Part shown: piece after piece, positions 11,327 to 23,282 of the stretch
Numbering within the stretch: the first letter of the stretch is position 1
Layout: each line of letters begins with the position of its first letter
Origin: Octopus bimaculoides
Lineage: Eukaryota
DNA length: 64,000 nucleotides
Reading direction: 5' to 3'
Assembly: GCF_001194135.2 (NCBI RefSeq)
Contig: NC_068987.1
Location: 10,899,096 to 10,963,095, forward strand
Notes under the pieces: model-generated
Database searches by the model: none
The model's input: only the letters and a program-made list of their open reading frames with translations
Told to the model about the DNA's origin: nothing
Made by a program: the position numbers and the translations under genes

Positions 11327-11712
11327 TACTCTTTTACTTGTTTCAGTCATTTGACTGCGGCCATGCTGGAGCACCGCCTTTAGTTGAGAAAATCGGCCCC
11401 CAGGACTTATTCTTTGTAAGCCTAGTACTTATTCTATCAGTCTCTTTTTGCCGAAAAACACACCAGCATCGTTTGACAAGCGATGGTGGGGGGGGGGGAC
11501 AAACATAGACACACAAACACACATACATATGTATATATATATATATATATATACATATATACGACGGGCTTCTTTCAGTTTCCGTCTACTAAATCCATTG
11601 ACAAGGATTTTGATGGCCCAGAGTTGTGGTAAGAAGACACTTGCCCAATGGATCACACGGTTGGACTGAACAAGAAACCTTGTGATTGGGAGACAAACTT
11701 CCGAACCACACA
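11327..11712 (-). mobile_element. SINE AB (A head, internal microsatellite, B tail)
   Basis: Same organisation as 19548-19918, 26224-26615 and 62632-63032. Confidence 0.85.
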
Positions 11713-11953
11713 TATTTATAGTTTGCCTTAAGCCTGCAGGAATATGAAGTGGGGAGGAACTACTTGGATTTTCAAGATACCTGTATTTAGTACGGTACCA
11801 CTGGCATTCATTTTTGGCAACATGAAACGTCTTGCCGAAGGACACAATGTATCAAATCCACAGCCTACCAGTTGTGCTCCCAACACCTTTAACCACAAAG
11901 CCCTAAAGCTTTCATATATGTGTTTGTAAGTGTGTGTGTGTGTGTGTATTCAG

Positions 11954-12106
11954 TTGTCACTAATTGTGACTAAGGTTGCAGGGTAGGTTGCTAGAAATAA
12001 GTGTTAAAAACTCTTAGAATCACAAAAAAGCACTAAGGTTTTTTTTTAACTCTTATTTCTAGCAATGTAGGTGCTACCCTGCATCCTCAGTCACAATTAG
12101 CGACAA
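11954..12106. mobile_element. Fold-back / MITE-like palindromic element
   Basis: ttgtcactaattgtgactaaggttgcagggtag pairs with ctaccctgcatcctcagtcacaattagcgacaa (3 mismatches in 33 bp). An inner pair ttgctagaaataagtgttaaaaa / tttttaactcttatttctagcaa continues the stem. Confidence 0.75.
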
Positions 12107-12414
12107 TTTTAATTTTCTTTTTTCAGTTTATATTGCGTATAGCTGACTTCATTATTTCACACACACACACACACACAGACACACACACACACACACNNNN
12201 NNNNNNTTTTTTTTTTGTGTGTTATTCAGTAGAATATTAATTTAAGTGTCGCCATGTATGATTACAAGGTTTTCTTCTGTGAAACAATCTCGCTGTTTAA
12301 CTGGGTTAAGTAAGGTATTACTTCATGCCAGGTCCTATTTCAGTCAGTGATATTACATCATCATCCAATTTTCTATGCTTTTTCCATGCTTGCATCAGTT
12401 CCTCACCTTATTGA

Positions 12415-12570
12415 AGTCTTCCGTCGTCTCCTCTGTGAAACTTGACATCGTGAGATCAGTTTTCATTACATCTGTCAATGTCTTCCTTGCTTATTTCCTT
12501 TTTTTTACTTTGTCCTTTCTCTTGAATCTTTTTGCACTTCTTTAACCAACTGTCATCCTTCGTATCAGTG
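12415..12570 (-). mobile_element. Old RTE LINE C-terminal fragment
   Basis: Minus strand gives DDSWLKKC...RKTLTDVMKTDLTMSSFTEE, aligning loosely with 7815-8011. Confidence 0.55.
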
Positions 12571-12660
12571 CAGTTTCTGCTTTGAATCCTCCATCTGATT
12601 TCTCTTCTACCCAGTTTTTTTTTTTTTTCTCAGTTCATTTGTTCTTCATTGTTTATACCC

Positions 12661-12943
12661 ACAGTGCCCCTGGACTGGCTCTTGTGCGGGTGGCACATAA
12701 AATACACCATTTTGAGCGTGGCCATTGCCAGTACCGCTTGACTGGCCTTCGTGCGGGTGACACATAAAAGCACCCACTACACTCTCTGAGTGGTTGGCGT
12801 TAGGAAGGGCATCCAGCTGTAGAAACTCTGCCAAATCAGATTGGAGCCTGGTGTAGCCATCTGGTTTCACCAGTCCTCAGTCAAATCGTCCAACCCATGC
12901 TAGCATGGAAAGCGGACGTTAAACGATGATGATGATGATGATG
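12661..12943 (+). mobile_element. 5'-truncated RTE 3' UTR copy with two modules and a (GAT)n tail
   Basis: Overlaps 8370-8455 in sequence, then continues into gagtggttggcgttaggaagggcatcc...(gat)n. Confidence 0.85.
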
Positions 12944-13822
12944 TGTCTTCTCAAGCACTGTGTATCACCCATCATTTCGGTCCTTCGTCATCTTTTCCAC
13001 GAAGCACTCAGCATTCCTCACCTCATCCTGCATCTTCCTGAGTTTTCCTTTCCCACAAGTTCTCTGTACCATAAGCGACTGGCACATCTTTACCCAACTA
13101 TCCTTCTCCAGTTACATCACCTGCACAAACCAACGTAACCTTCCCTTTTGCACACAACTTACACTTCTTATTCTCAATTTGTCTCTCAACACACCTGTGC
13201 TTTGTTTTTTCCTGGACACAGTTATTGCACATCCAGCAGAGCATACTTCCTTTATTTTTAATTTCTTTCTTGTCTTTGCCGTTCCTCTGCATTGAGGAAC
13301 TACCATGTAGGATTGCAGTTTGTACACAGGGATCATGCGGCATGGCTTTCACACTGTTCAAGAAACACCTTTTGTTACCAACAGAGGTTGTACCTCTCTG
13401 AACTTTCTCCGGCTTATACTATACTTTCAAAACATCCACCACATCTAGGTAACAGAAATTATCTACTACCCCTAAGGATTCCCCTGGGCAATCGAGAGTA
13501 TCTGTTTCCCTAATTGGTTATTAATCCTGGGTATCTGCTACATTAAAGAATCTGCTTTCTCTGGTAATCTACCAATATTCCACTGTACCTCTTGTGTGAC
13601 TCAAGTTTGTACTGTATTCATCATATGAACCATGTAACAGCCGCAAGCCATTTGTCTAAACTCAACTACCTCAGTCCCCAGCAGATCACTAAGAAAGGAG
13701 AAGAGGGGCCATGTTGAAGGCTTTCTCTAGGTTGATGAATATGGGTACAGCGGTTTACTTTTAGCTAAGTACTTCTCTTGCAGTTGTCTAATTAGAAAGA
13801 TGGAATCAATAGTGCTTCTGAT
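12944..13822 (-). pseudogene. Decayed RTE LINE reverse-transcriptase fragment with a large internal deletion
   Basis: With frameshifts: RSTIDSIFLIRQLQEKYLAKSKPLY..INLEKAFN (the xDLEKAFD RT motif), then VDNFCYL, KFREVQPLLVTKG, CVQTAILHGS, LRDKLRIRSVSCVQKGRLRWF, CGKGKLRKMQDEV. Confidence 0.85.
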
Positions 13823-13906
13823 AGGTGAGTGTGTGTATGTTTATATATATATATGTGTGTGTGTGTGTGCGTGTGTGTATGTGCATATATATGTATATGT
13901 ATGTAT

Positions 13907-14658
13907 GGCGCAGGAGTGGCTGTATGGTAAGTAGCTTGCTTACCAACCACATGGTTCCGGGTTCAGTCCCACTGCGTGGCACCTTGGGCAAGTGTCTTCT
14001 ACTATAGCCTTGGGCCAACCAAAGCCTTGTGAGTGGATTTGGTAGACGGAAACTGAAAGAAGCCCGTCGTATATATGTATGTATGGCGCAGGAGNNNNNN
14101 NNNNNNNNNNNNNNNNNNNNNNNNNNNNNNNNNNNNNNNNNNNNNNNNNNNNNNNNNNNNNNNNNNNNNNNNNNNNNNNNNNNNNNNNNNNNNNNNNNNN
14201 NNNNNNNNNNNNNNNNNNNNNNNNNNNNNNNNNNNNNNNNNNNNNNNNNNNNNNNNNNNNNNNNNNNNNNNNNNNNNNNNNNNNNNNNNNNNNNNNNNNN
14301 NNNNNNNNNNNNNNNNNNNNNNNNNNNNNNNNNNNNNNNNNNNNNNNNNNNNNNNNNNNNNNNNNNNNNNNNNNNNNNNNNNNNNNNNNNNNNNNNNNNN
14401 NNNNNNNNNNNNNNNNNNNNNNNNNNNNNNNNNNNNNNNNNNTTTGTGTGTTTGTGTTTGTACCGCCACCATCGCTTGACAACCGATGCTAGTGTGTTTA
14501 CGTCCCTGTAACTTAGCGGTTCGGCAAAAAGAGACCAGTAGAATAAGTAGTACTAGGCTTACAAAGAATAAGTCCTGGGGGTCGATTTTCTCGACTAAAG
14601 GCGGTGCTCCAGCATGGCCAGAGTCAAATGACTGAAACAAGTAAAACAGAGAAAAGAG
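13907..14658 (+). mobile_element. SINE AB spanning an assembly gap
   Basis: A-box-like TGGCTGTATGG and B-box-like GGTTCAGTCCC in the head; B half at 14443-14658; gap 14095-14441 sits at the internal microsatellite. Confidence 0.85.
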
Positions 14659-15528
14659 ACAATACCTATGTGTGTGTGTGCATAATATGTGTGTGTAAAT
14701 GCATTTCTGAGCAGTACTGAAGGTGGTTCGTTAAAGTTAACTGTAAACTTAGAATTGGTAAATTTATCAATTAAAGTGGTTGCATGAATAGTGCGCATAC
14801 ATGTATGTGTGTGTGTGTGTATTATATTATATTATATGTACGTATACACACGCACGCATATGAATTAGAAATAGACAAACTCGTTTATTGGATATTTGAT
14901 CGGTGTACTTCAGCTGCATCTCAATATTCTAAAATTGTAACTTGAGGCTGGTAAATTTAAGTTTCATTGCAAATACTTTTATTCTCTTCATAAACAAAAT
15001 TATGACTGCGATAAAAATAACACACACACACACACACACANNNNNNNNNNNNNNNNNNNNNNNNNNNNNNNNNNNNNNNNNNNNNNNNNNNNNNNNNNNN
15101 NNNNNNNNNNNNNNNNNNNNNNNNNNNNNNNNNNNNNNNNNNNNNNNNNNNNNNNNNNNNNNNNNNNNNNNNNNNNNNNNNNNNNNNNNNNNNNNNNNNN
15201 NNNNNNNNNNNNNNNNNNNNNNNNNNNNNNNNNNNNNNNNNNNNNNNNNNNNNNNNNNNNNNNNNNNNNNNNNNNNNNNNNNNNNNNNNNNNNNNNNNNN
15301 NNNNNNNNNNNNNNNNNNNNNNNNNNNNNNNNNNNNNNNNNNNNNNNNNNNNNNNNNNNNNNNNNNNNNNNNNNNNNNNNNNNNNNNNNNNNNNNNNNNN
15401 NNNNNNNNNNNNNNNNNNNNNNNNNNNNNNNNNNNNNNNNNNNNNNNNNNNNNNNNNNNNNNNNNNNNNNNNNNNNNNNNNNNNNNNNNNNNNNNNNNNN
15501 NNNNNNNNNNNNNNNNNNNNNNNNNNNN

Positions 15529-15561
<33 letters not shown>

Positions 15562-15896
15562 AAAACCAATTTGCTTAGTTATCTCTTTCTTAACACCTTG
15601 TACTCTCCGTTTCCTTTAGTGTGAAATTCTATGAAATAGAAATAAAACGAAACTTTAATTTAATACAACTGCTCCCAACCCCCTACACACATTCCCCACA
15701 CTAAACCGTACTTATACTTACATTGATATATGGCTGTCATTTGGGGCTGAAGCTTCCCTGAAGCCTCTTGTATCTTGGCGGAAATTCACGATCACAATAA
15801 ATATAGGAAATGATTTTTAATTACATAAATCAACAGCATATTTCTTTTCTCTATCATTTGTTCCAGTCGTTAGACTGCGGCCATACTGGGGCATCT

Positions 15897-16750
15897 GCCC
15901 TTTCCATTTTTCTCCCATATGTAAGGAGCCTGTGTTGAATGTTATTCAGCATGCTCCCTTCCAAGGCAATAAGCTTTGATTTGAGGAGGGTTTAGCTCCT
16001 CTTTTTAGCTAGCAGTCTGAGCAATCACGTAAATGTTCCCTTATTGGCTTTTCCATCTTTCTCTCTTATTTAGGGACCTCAGGTTGAACCTTATTCAATG
16101 TGTTCTTTTCCAAGACTATAAAATTTAATTTGAGGGAGATTTGGCTGCTATTTCTTACTAGCAAGCTGAGCAATCACATGGATGTCCCCTTATTTGCTTT
16201 TCCATCTTTTTCTCATGTAGGGACCCCAGGTCAAACCTTACCCAATGTATTCTTTTCTTAGACAATAGTTTGATTTAAGGGAGATTTTGCTGCTATTTCT
16301 AGCAAGTGGTTGAGCAATTGCATAGGTGTTTCCACACTGGCTTCTCCATATTTTTCTCATATGTAGGGACTCCAGGTTGAACTCTATTGAACATGGTTTG
16401 AAGGAGATTTGGTTGCTATTTCTAGCTAGCAGGCTGAGCAGTCACAAGGATGTTTTCTCAATGGCTTTTCCGTCTTTCCCTTATATGTAGGTACCCCAGG
16501 TTGAATGTTATTCATGTTCTTTTCCAAGACAATGATTTGAGGGAAATTGAACTGCTATTTCTAGCTAGTGACCTGAGCAATCACATATTTTCTCAGTGGC
16601 TTTTCCATTTTTTTCCCCTTATGTAAGGATCCTAGATTGAACCTTATTCAAAGTTCTTTTCTAAGACAATAGTGTTTGAATCGATGGCAATTTGGCTGCT
16701 ATTTCTAGCTAGCTGGTTGAGCAGTCACATAGATGCTACTTCATTGGCTT
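15897..16750. repeat. Degenerate tandem array of about 6 units (123-150 bp) containing the family H motif
   Basis: GCTATTTCT anchor at about 15998 (variant), 16147, 16292, 16415, 16554 and 16698; units share gatttgagggagatttgg, tgagcaatcac and ttttccat...gtagggac.ccaggttgaa. Confidence 0.85.
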
Positions 16751-17021
16751 GTTTAGTGAAGCGTTTGTTCATTTTGTGACATAATTAGCGCTGAGTGTGG
16801 AGCCATGGGTAGTGTATTTATGAGGGTTTGGATTTAAAGAATGTCTTTGTTTGCAACAAAAGGTTTTTCTTTCCATACAAAGAAAGAAGAAGGAAAGCAC
16901 AGACTTTTGTGAGGTGTACGGAGAATGTGTGTCTGTTACTGTACGGGTGTATGGGAGACATGAATAGCAAAAGGCATAAAATGCCCTGTGAGTGAACTTG
17001 GTTGGCAGAAACTGTATGGAA

Positions 17022-17440
17022 GGCAGCGAGCTGGCAGAAACGTTAGCACGCTGGGCGAAATGCTTAGCGGTATTACGTCTGCCATTACATTCTGAGTTCA
17101 AATTCCGCTGAGGTTGACTTTGCCTTTCATCCGTTTGGGTTTGATAAATTAAGTACCAGTTACGCACTGGGGTCGATGTAATCAACTTAATCCCTTTGTC
17201 TGTCCTTGTTTGTCCCCTCTATGTCTAGCCCCTTGTGGGCAATAAAGCAATAAGAAACGTTAGCATGCCGGGTGAAATGATTAGCGGTATTTCGTCTGCT
17301 GCTTCGTTCTGAGTTCAAATTCCGCCTGGGTCAACTTTGCCTTTCATCCTTTCGGGGGTCGATTAAATAAGTACCAGTTGTGCACTGGAGTCGATGTAAT
17401 CGACTTAATCCCTTTGTCTGTCCTTGTTTGTCCCCTCTAT
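17022..17440 (+). mobile_element. SINE family C head-to-tail dimer
   Basis: Full copy 17022-17253 (GGCAGCGAGCTGGCAGAAACG..., B-box-like GAGTTCAAATTCC). Second copy starts at the internal GAAACGTTAGC site at 17254. Confidence 0.9.
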
Positions 17441-17696
17441 GAAATACTGTTTAAGGCATACAAATTATTCACTTTGAATTTTTTCTTTGCAGCTATTTAA
17501 TAGAAACCTAAAATAAATTTCAATATATCTTAGATTATTTTTAGCGTTGAATATCTCATTGGTGTGTTTAAACAAATCAACCGTCATTTATTTCCATTTC
17601 ATATTTGAAATTTGCTATGAGAACACAATAGTTATATTTGCAATTAAAGAAATGGATTTGCTTCTATTCTTGGTTAATGATAAGCATAATCCTTTA

Positions 17697-18290
17697 TCTT
17701 TTAATCTCTTATTGTTTTAGTCATTGGACTGCAACCTTGCTGGCACTTATTTTTTTCAAACCTGGTTCTTATTCTCTTGATCTCTTTTGCTGAACTGCTA
17801 ATTTATGAGGACATAAACAAAACAATACCTGTTGTCAAGTAGTGGTGAAGGACAAACACAAAAATAAGCACACACATGTGTGATGGGCTTCTTTAAGTTT
17901 CTTATTCCTTTCTTGCTCACAAGGGGCTAAACATAAAGGAGACAAACAAGGACAGACAAAGGGATTAAGTTGATTACATCGACCCCAGTGCGTAACTGGT
18001 ACTTAATTTATCGACCCCGAAAGGATGAAAGGCAAAGTCGACCTCGGTGGAATTTGAACTCAGAACGTAAAGATAGACGAAATACCGCTAAGCATTTCGC
18101 CCGGCGTACTAACATTTCTGCCAGCTCGCCCCCTTCTTTCAGTTTCTGCCCACCAAATGCACTCACAAGGCATTGGTTGACCTGGAGCTTATAGTAGAAG
18201 ACACTTGCCCAAGGTGCCACTCAGTGGAACTGAACCCAAAACTAGGTACTTGGGAAGTTAATTTCTTACCACACAACCACACTTGCACCT
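17697..18290 (-). mobile_element. SINE AB interrupted by a full SINE C (17902-18133)
   Basis: 13-bp TSD ttcttt(a/c)agtttc at 17889-17901 and 18134-18146. Confidence 0.85.
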
Positions 18291-19547
18291 AAAATGTTAA
18301 AAATTTTTTTTTACTTGTCTAAATCTTTCTAAATTGCTGCCTTTCTCAGGTATTTTTATACCTGGATACATCCCTCTTTCAGTATCTTTAAGTTCACTGT
18401 TACGACTTGGCCTTGCAGCCTGCCAGCTCTACTGAAGATAATTTTCAACCATACCCTTTCTGAGTCAATGATTCTAGCCTGCATAAACGTAGACTGCCTT
18501 CTATAGAAGTGTTTCTCTGATATCTATGAAAAGAGATTCTATCGAGATTATCTGCTCTAATAATTTTCTAAGAAGTCACCATGCCTGCTTGGCCTGATCC
18601 TGGGAAACTTCTTTCACGATGAAATAGCTAAGTGATGGCTTGAATAATTGTGGGTTCTTCCTGGTAATAAACAGATATATATATTTTTTTTTCTTTCTTT
18701 GACACTAGCTACTTGCATACAAAAATTTTCTTTTCAGTAAATCTGTGTTTGATCTGAAAGGAATTGCTATCAAAAGCGTAATTAATGCTTGCACATCATT
18801 GAATCCACTATCTTAACTTTCTTTTATCATAAACACCCAGATATCTAAGTACATGAATGAATACATACACAAACATGTCTGCATAATTGGGCATGTATGT
18901 TAATTCTTTGTGTTCTACAACAGCTGAAAACAACTATGTATTTTTAAGGGGTAAATTGTAAGTATTTGTTTTCATAGTTGATATTTCAGACATAAAGAAA
19001 ATTATCTTTAGAGCATTCTTTGGCATCATTATTAATTCTTTACGGTAAATAGGGTTTTTGTCTCATGAAAATGTTTTAGAAAAATAATGTCTATTGTTAA
19101 TATTTATTCCCTACACCTATTTCTATAAAGTATAATTTGTGGGTTATTTTAGATTGTAGATTATATTAACTCTTAAATCCTTATAGTGCATATGTTTTAT
19201 AACTCTTTGGCTCCTGATAGAAACTGGGGATTATATTTAGATGCAGTTGGTCCAGTATAAATCATGAAAAATAGTTACTGAGAGTCATTGTGAGTCAACA
19301 ACTATTTAAATGTTTGCAAGACTCAACGAAAATTTTAAAAAACAATCAATAAGTAAATGAGTGGAAAGCAAATCGGTGAGTGTGTTAAATAATAAGGCAC
19401 TAAAAGAGAACGACTCTCCCCAAACACAATAAAATATGCTTCAACACACAAGTTCACATAAAGAATTTTGCAAACCAAATACAAAGACGAAATTAATATA
19501 ACTGAATTCTATCAAAGGAAGGAAAAGAAAATCTGGAGAAGTTCATT

Positions 19548-19918
19548 TACTCTTTTACTTGTTTCAGTCATTTGACTGCGGCCATGCTGGAGCACCGTCT
19601 TTAGTCGAGCAAATCGACCCCAGGACTTATTCTTTGTAAGCCTAGTATTTATTCTATCAGTCTCTTTTGCCAAACCGCTAAGTTACGGGGACATAAACAC
19701 ACCATCATCGGTTGTCAAGTGATGTTGGGGGAACACAGACACACAAACATATACACACACATATATACATATATGTATATGATGGGCTTCTTTCAGTTTC
19801 CGTCTACCAAATCCACTCACAAGGCTTTGGTCGGCCCAAGGCTATAGCAGAAGATACTTGCCCAAGGGGCTACGCAGTGGGACTGAACCCGGAACCAAGC
19901 TTACCACACAGCCACTCC
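19548..19918 (-). mobile_element. SINE AB with a short deletion in the head
   Basis: High similarity to 26224-26615. Confidence 0.9.
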
Positions 19919-20674
19919 TACGTCTATGTTTATCTTAGTTTTAACATCTTTATTTTGCGAGAGGCATTTTTTCTGAAATATAAGCAATTGAACCTGGACA
20001 TACAAGACAGCAAATAGGAGGTTGATATATTCATAAAACTTTACCTGTTGTATTGATAACCACACCCTACTGCATAGCTTGAGACGCATCATTATCACTT
20101 TCTACTTGAAAGCTTTCATCTTCAACTGATATCTTCTAGTCATCTTCTAGATATGTTTGATCAAACTCTCATTGATCTTGATCAGAATCTTTCAAACTTT
20201 GCTGTATCTTATCATTTATTAATAATCTACACATTTGTCTTTTCTCCCCAGAAGTGTTTGTGTGCAGTGAACTTTACGGTTGAAAACATGAGGGGTGGGG
20301 AAAAATAAACTAAAAATAACAGTTAAAATAGTACTTATCTGTGAACAGACATTTATTTGTAAACTGCCTTAATTCTTCACTGATGACCTGTCTTTATTCT
20401 GATTAGCTGATCTATTTTTAATTTGACCTTATTTTATCATGAAGTTTACCAATTCCTGCTCTGTTGGGAATTTAACTGAGCATTAAGTCTGTAACTCCCA
20501 GCAAACTTGGAATATGGCTCAAATGGGTTTTGATTTGTTTAGACTGTGAGATGTTCATTATTATAGATTAAATATTTAAATCTTTTATGCCTTAAAAGTT
20601 CATTAATAAATTGATTAATAGCATTTAACTGTTTTTTACTTAATGAAAATAAAAATTATTTCCACTTTCGTTTT

Positions 20675-21722
20675 GCGTGTTTGTCCCCCAACATCGCTTG
20701 ACAACCGATGCTGGTGTGCTTACGCGCCCGTAACTTAGTGGTTCGGTAAAAGAGAGCTGACAGAATAAGTACTAGGCTTACGAGTGGCTGTGTGGTAAGT
20801 AGCTTGCTTACCAACCACATGGTTCCAGGTTCAGTCCCACTGCGTGGCACCTTGGACATGTGTCTTCTACTATAGCCTCGGGCCGACCAAAGCCTTGTGA
20901 GTGGATTTGGTAGATGGAAACTGAAAGAAGCCCGTCGTATATCTGNNNNNNNNNNNNNNNNNNNNNNNNNNNNNNNNNNNNNNNNNNNNNNNNNNNNNNN
21001 NNNNNNNNNNNNNNNNNNNNNNNNNNNNNNNNNNNNNNNNNNNNNNNNNNNNNNNNNNNNNNNNNNNNNNNNNNNNNNNNNNNNNNNNNNNNNNNNNNNN
21101 NNNNNNNNNNNNNNNNNNNNNNNNNNNNNNNNNNNNNNNNNNNNNNNNNNNNNNNNNNNNNNNNNNNNNNNNNNNNNNNNNNNNNNNNNNNNNNNNNNNN
21201 NNNNNNNNNNNNNNNNNNNNNNNNNNNNNNNNNNNNNNNNNNNNNNNNNNNNNNNNNNNNNNNNNNNNNNNNNNNNNNNNNNNNNNNNNNNNNNNNNNNN
21301 NNNNNNNNNNNNNNNNNNNNNNNNNNNNNNNNNNNNNNNNNNNNNNNNNNNNNNNNNNNNNNNNNNNNNNNNNNNNNNNNNNNNNNNNNNNNNNNNNNNN
21401 NNNNNNNNNNNNNNNNNNNNNNNNNNNNNNNNNNNNNNNNNNNNNNNNNNNNNNNNNNNNNNNNNNNNNNNNNNNNGTGTGCTTACGTCCCCGTAACTTA
21501 GCGGTTCGGCAAAAAAAAGAGACCCATAGAATAAGTACTAGGCTTCCAAAGAATAAGTCCTGGGGTCGATTTACTCGACTAAAGGCGGTGCTCCAGCATG
21601 GCCGCAGTCAAATGACTGAAACAAGTAAAAGAGTAAAAGAATAAGTCTTGGGGTCGATTTGCTTGACTAAAGGCGGTGCTCCAGCATGGCCGCAGTCAAA
21701 TGACTGAAACAAGTAAAAGAGT
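20675..21722 (+). mobile_element. Nested SINE AB copies with an 88-bp tail duplication, spanning a gap
   Basis: Partial B (20675-20781), A head (20782-20940), gap, B (21477-21640), repeated terminal segment (21640-21722). Confidence 0.8.
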
Positions 21723-22256
21723 ATCTAAGTATAATGAAAACTGGGTCAAATTTGAAAGCTTCTTGCTTCTTGCCTCCATAAATTGTCTGTATTTATTCCG
21801 CTAGTGCTGGAAGAGAAACTCTTGCCTACATGCTAAATAACGTTTTGGTGAAATGCATTTGATAATAGCAACAAGCAGCACTACAATAGCCAGCCTTATT
21901 TTGGGAAAGTCAATTCCTGATTGCATTCTTCTTCTGCTTTAGTTTTCGCTGTGTGTAGTGATAGCTGATGCCATGTATAGGCTGACTATAAAATTCCCAA
22001 GACTTTGGAGATTTGGAATAAGAATCTTATGACTGCTAATTATATTCCTCTTTGCCATTGAATGAAATTCTCTGTGTGGCCCTTTTATACATTAATCTGA
22101 TAATTACTTCTTCATTCCTTTAATCTACGACTATCTTGCAAGTTTTTCATTTAATCAAATTTATCAAAATAATAATAATAATAATAACAATAATAAAAAA
22201 AATTTGAAATATTCATTGGTTACAAAAGTGTTTTGACTCTACAAATAGTTTGTTGT

Positions 22257-22620
22257 TGGCACTCTGTCGCTTATGACGTCGAGGGTTCCAGTTGATCCGA
22301 TCAACGGAAAAGCCTGCTTGTGAAATTAACGTGTAAGTGGCTGAGCACTCCACAGACATGTGTACCCTTAACGTAGTTTTCGGGGATATTCAGCGTGACA
22401 CAGTGTGACAAGGCTGACCCTTTGAATTACAGGCACAACAGAAACAGGAAGAAAGAGTGAGAAAAAGTACAGCAGGGTTTGCCACCATCCCCTGCCGGAG
22501 TCTCATGGAGCTTTAGGTGTTTTTGCTCAATAAACACTCACAACGCCCGGTCTGGGAATCGAAACCGTGATCCTATGACCGCGAGTCCACTGCCCTAACC
22601 ACTGGGCCATTGCGCCTCCA
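22257..22620 (-). mobile_element. SINE family D, full length
   Basis: 13-bp TSD ctctacaaatagt at 22237-22249 and 22621-22633; (ACA)n tail. Confidence 0.9.
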
Positions 22621-22774
22621 CTCTACAAATAGTAGACAAAAATGAAAAACATTGTTAACATTTTATTCTTCTGTAAAATTTTGTCTATTATCTCTCTCGC
22701 AATATAAGCTCTATTTTTCTTTTTTTTTTTGTTTTTAAATTCAATTTTTCAATATCAGTTGTCTTTTATCTTTT

Positions 22775-22945
22775 GCTTGTTTCAGTCATTAGACTGTGGC
22801 CGTGCTGGAGCACTGTCTTGAAGGGTTTTAATTGAACAAATCAACCTCAGGATTTTTTTGTTTTTTTTTGTTTTTTAAAGTCTGGTACTTATTCTATCTC
22901 TGTCTTTTGGCGAATTGCTAAGTTACAGGGACGTAAACACACCAA
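22775..22945 (-). mobile_element. SINE AB, diverged B half
   Basis: gtttcagtcattagactgtggccgtgctggagcac...gtaaacacacc. Confidence 0.7.
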
Positions 22946-23233
22946 CAGAAATCGTCCAATAATTGCCATTTGAAGGGAAATGTTGTTTTCACTATAAAAC
23001 ACATATTGCTAGGTTTGTCCCACCCCATTGAGCCCCAACTACACTCTAGCTGAAAAATATAGAATACCTCACAAGTAATATAAAGGTAGCGTTAATTAAG
23101 ATGTTACCTGTTATTTAGTGTCTTAAACTTATCTTTATTAATGCATATCGAATTATACATGGATATATACAAGATTTACACGGGTATAAGAGTTAGAACT
23201 TGTGATCTGCCTGCGAACCTTTTTCTTACGGAA

Positions 23234-23282
<49 letters not shown>

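Noticed and set aside
20148-20165. AGATATGTTTGAT, matching the 5' part of miR-190
   Set aside because: Only 13 nt match and there is no convincing precursor hairpin.
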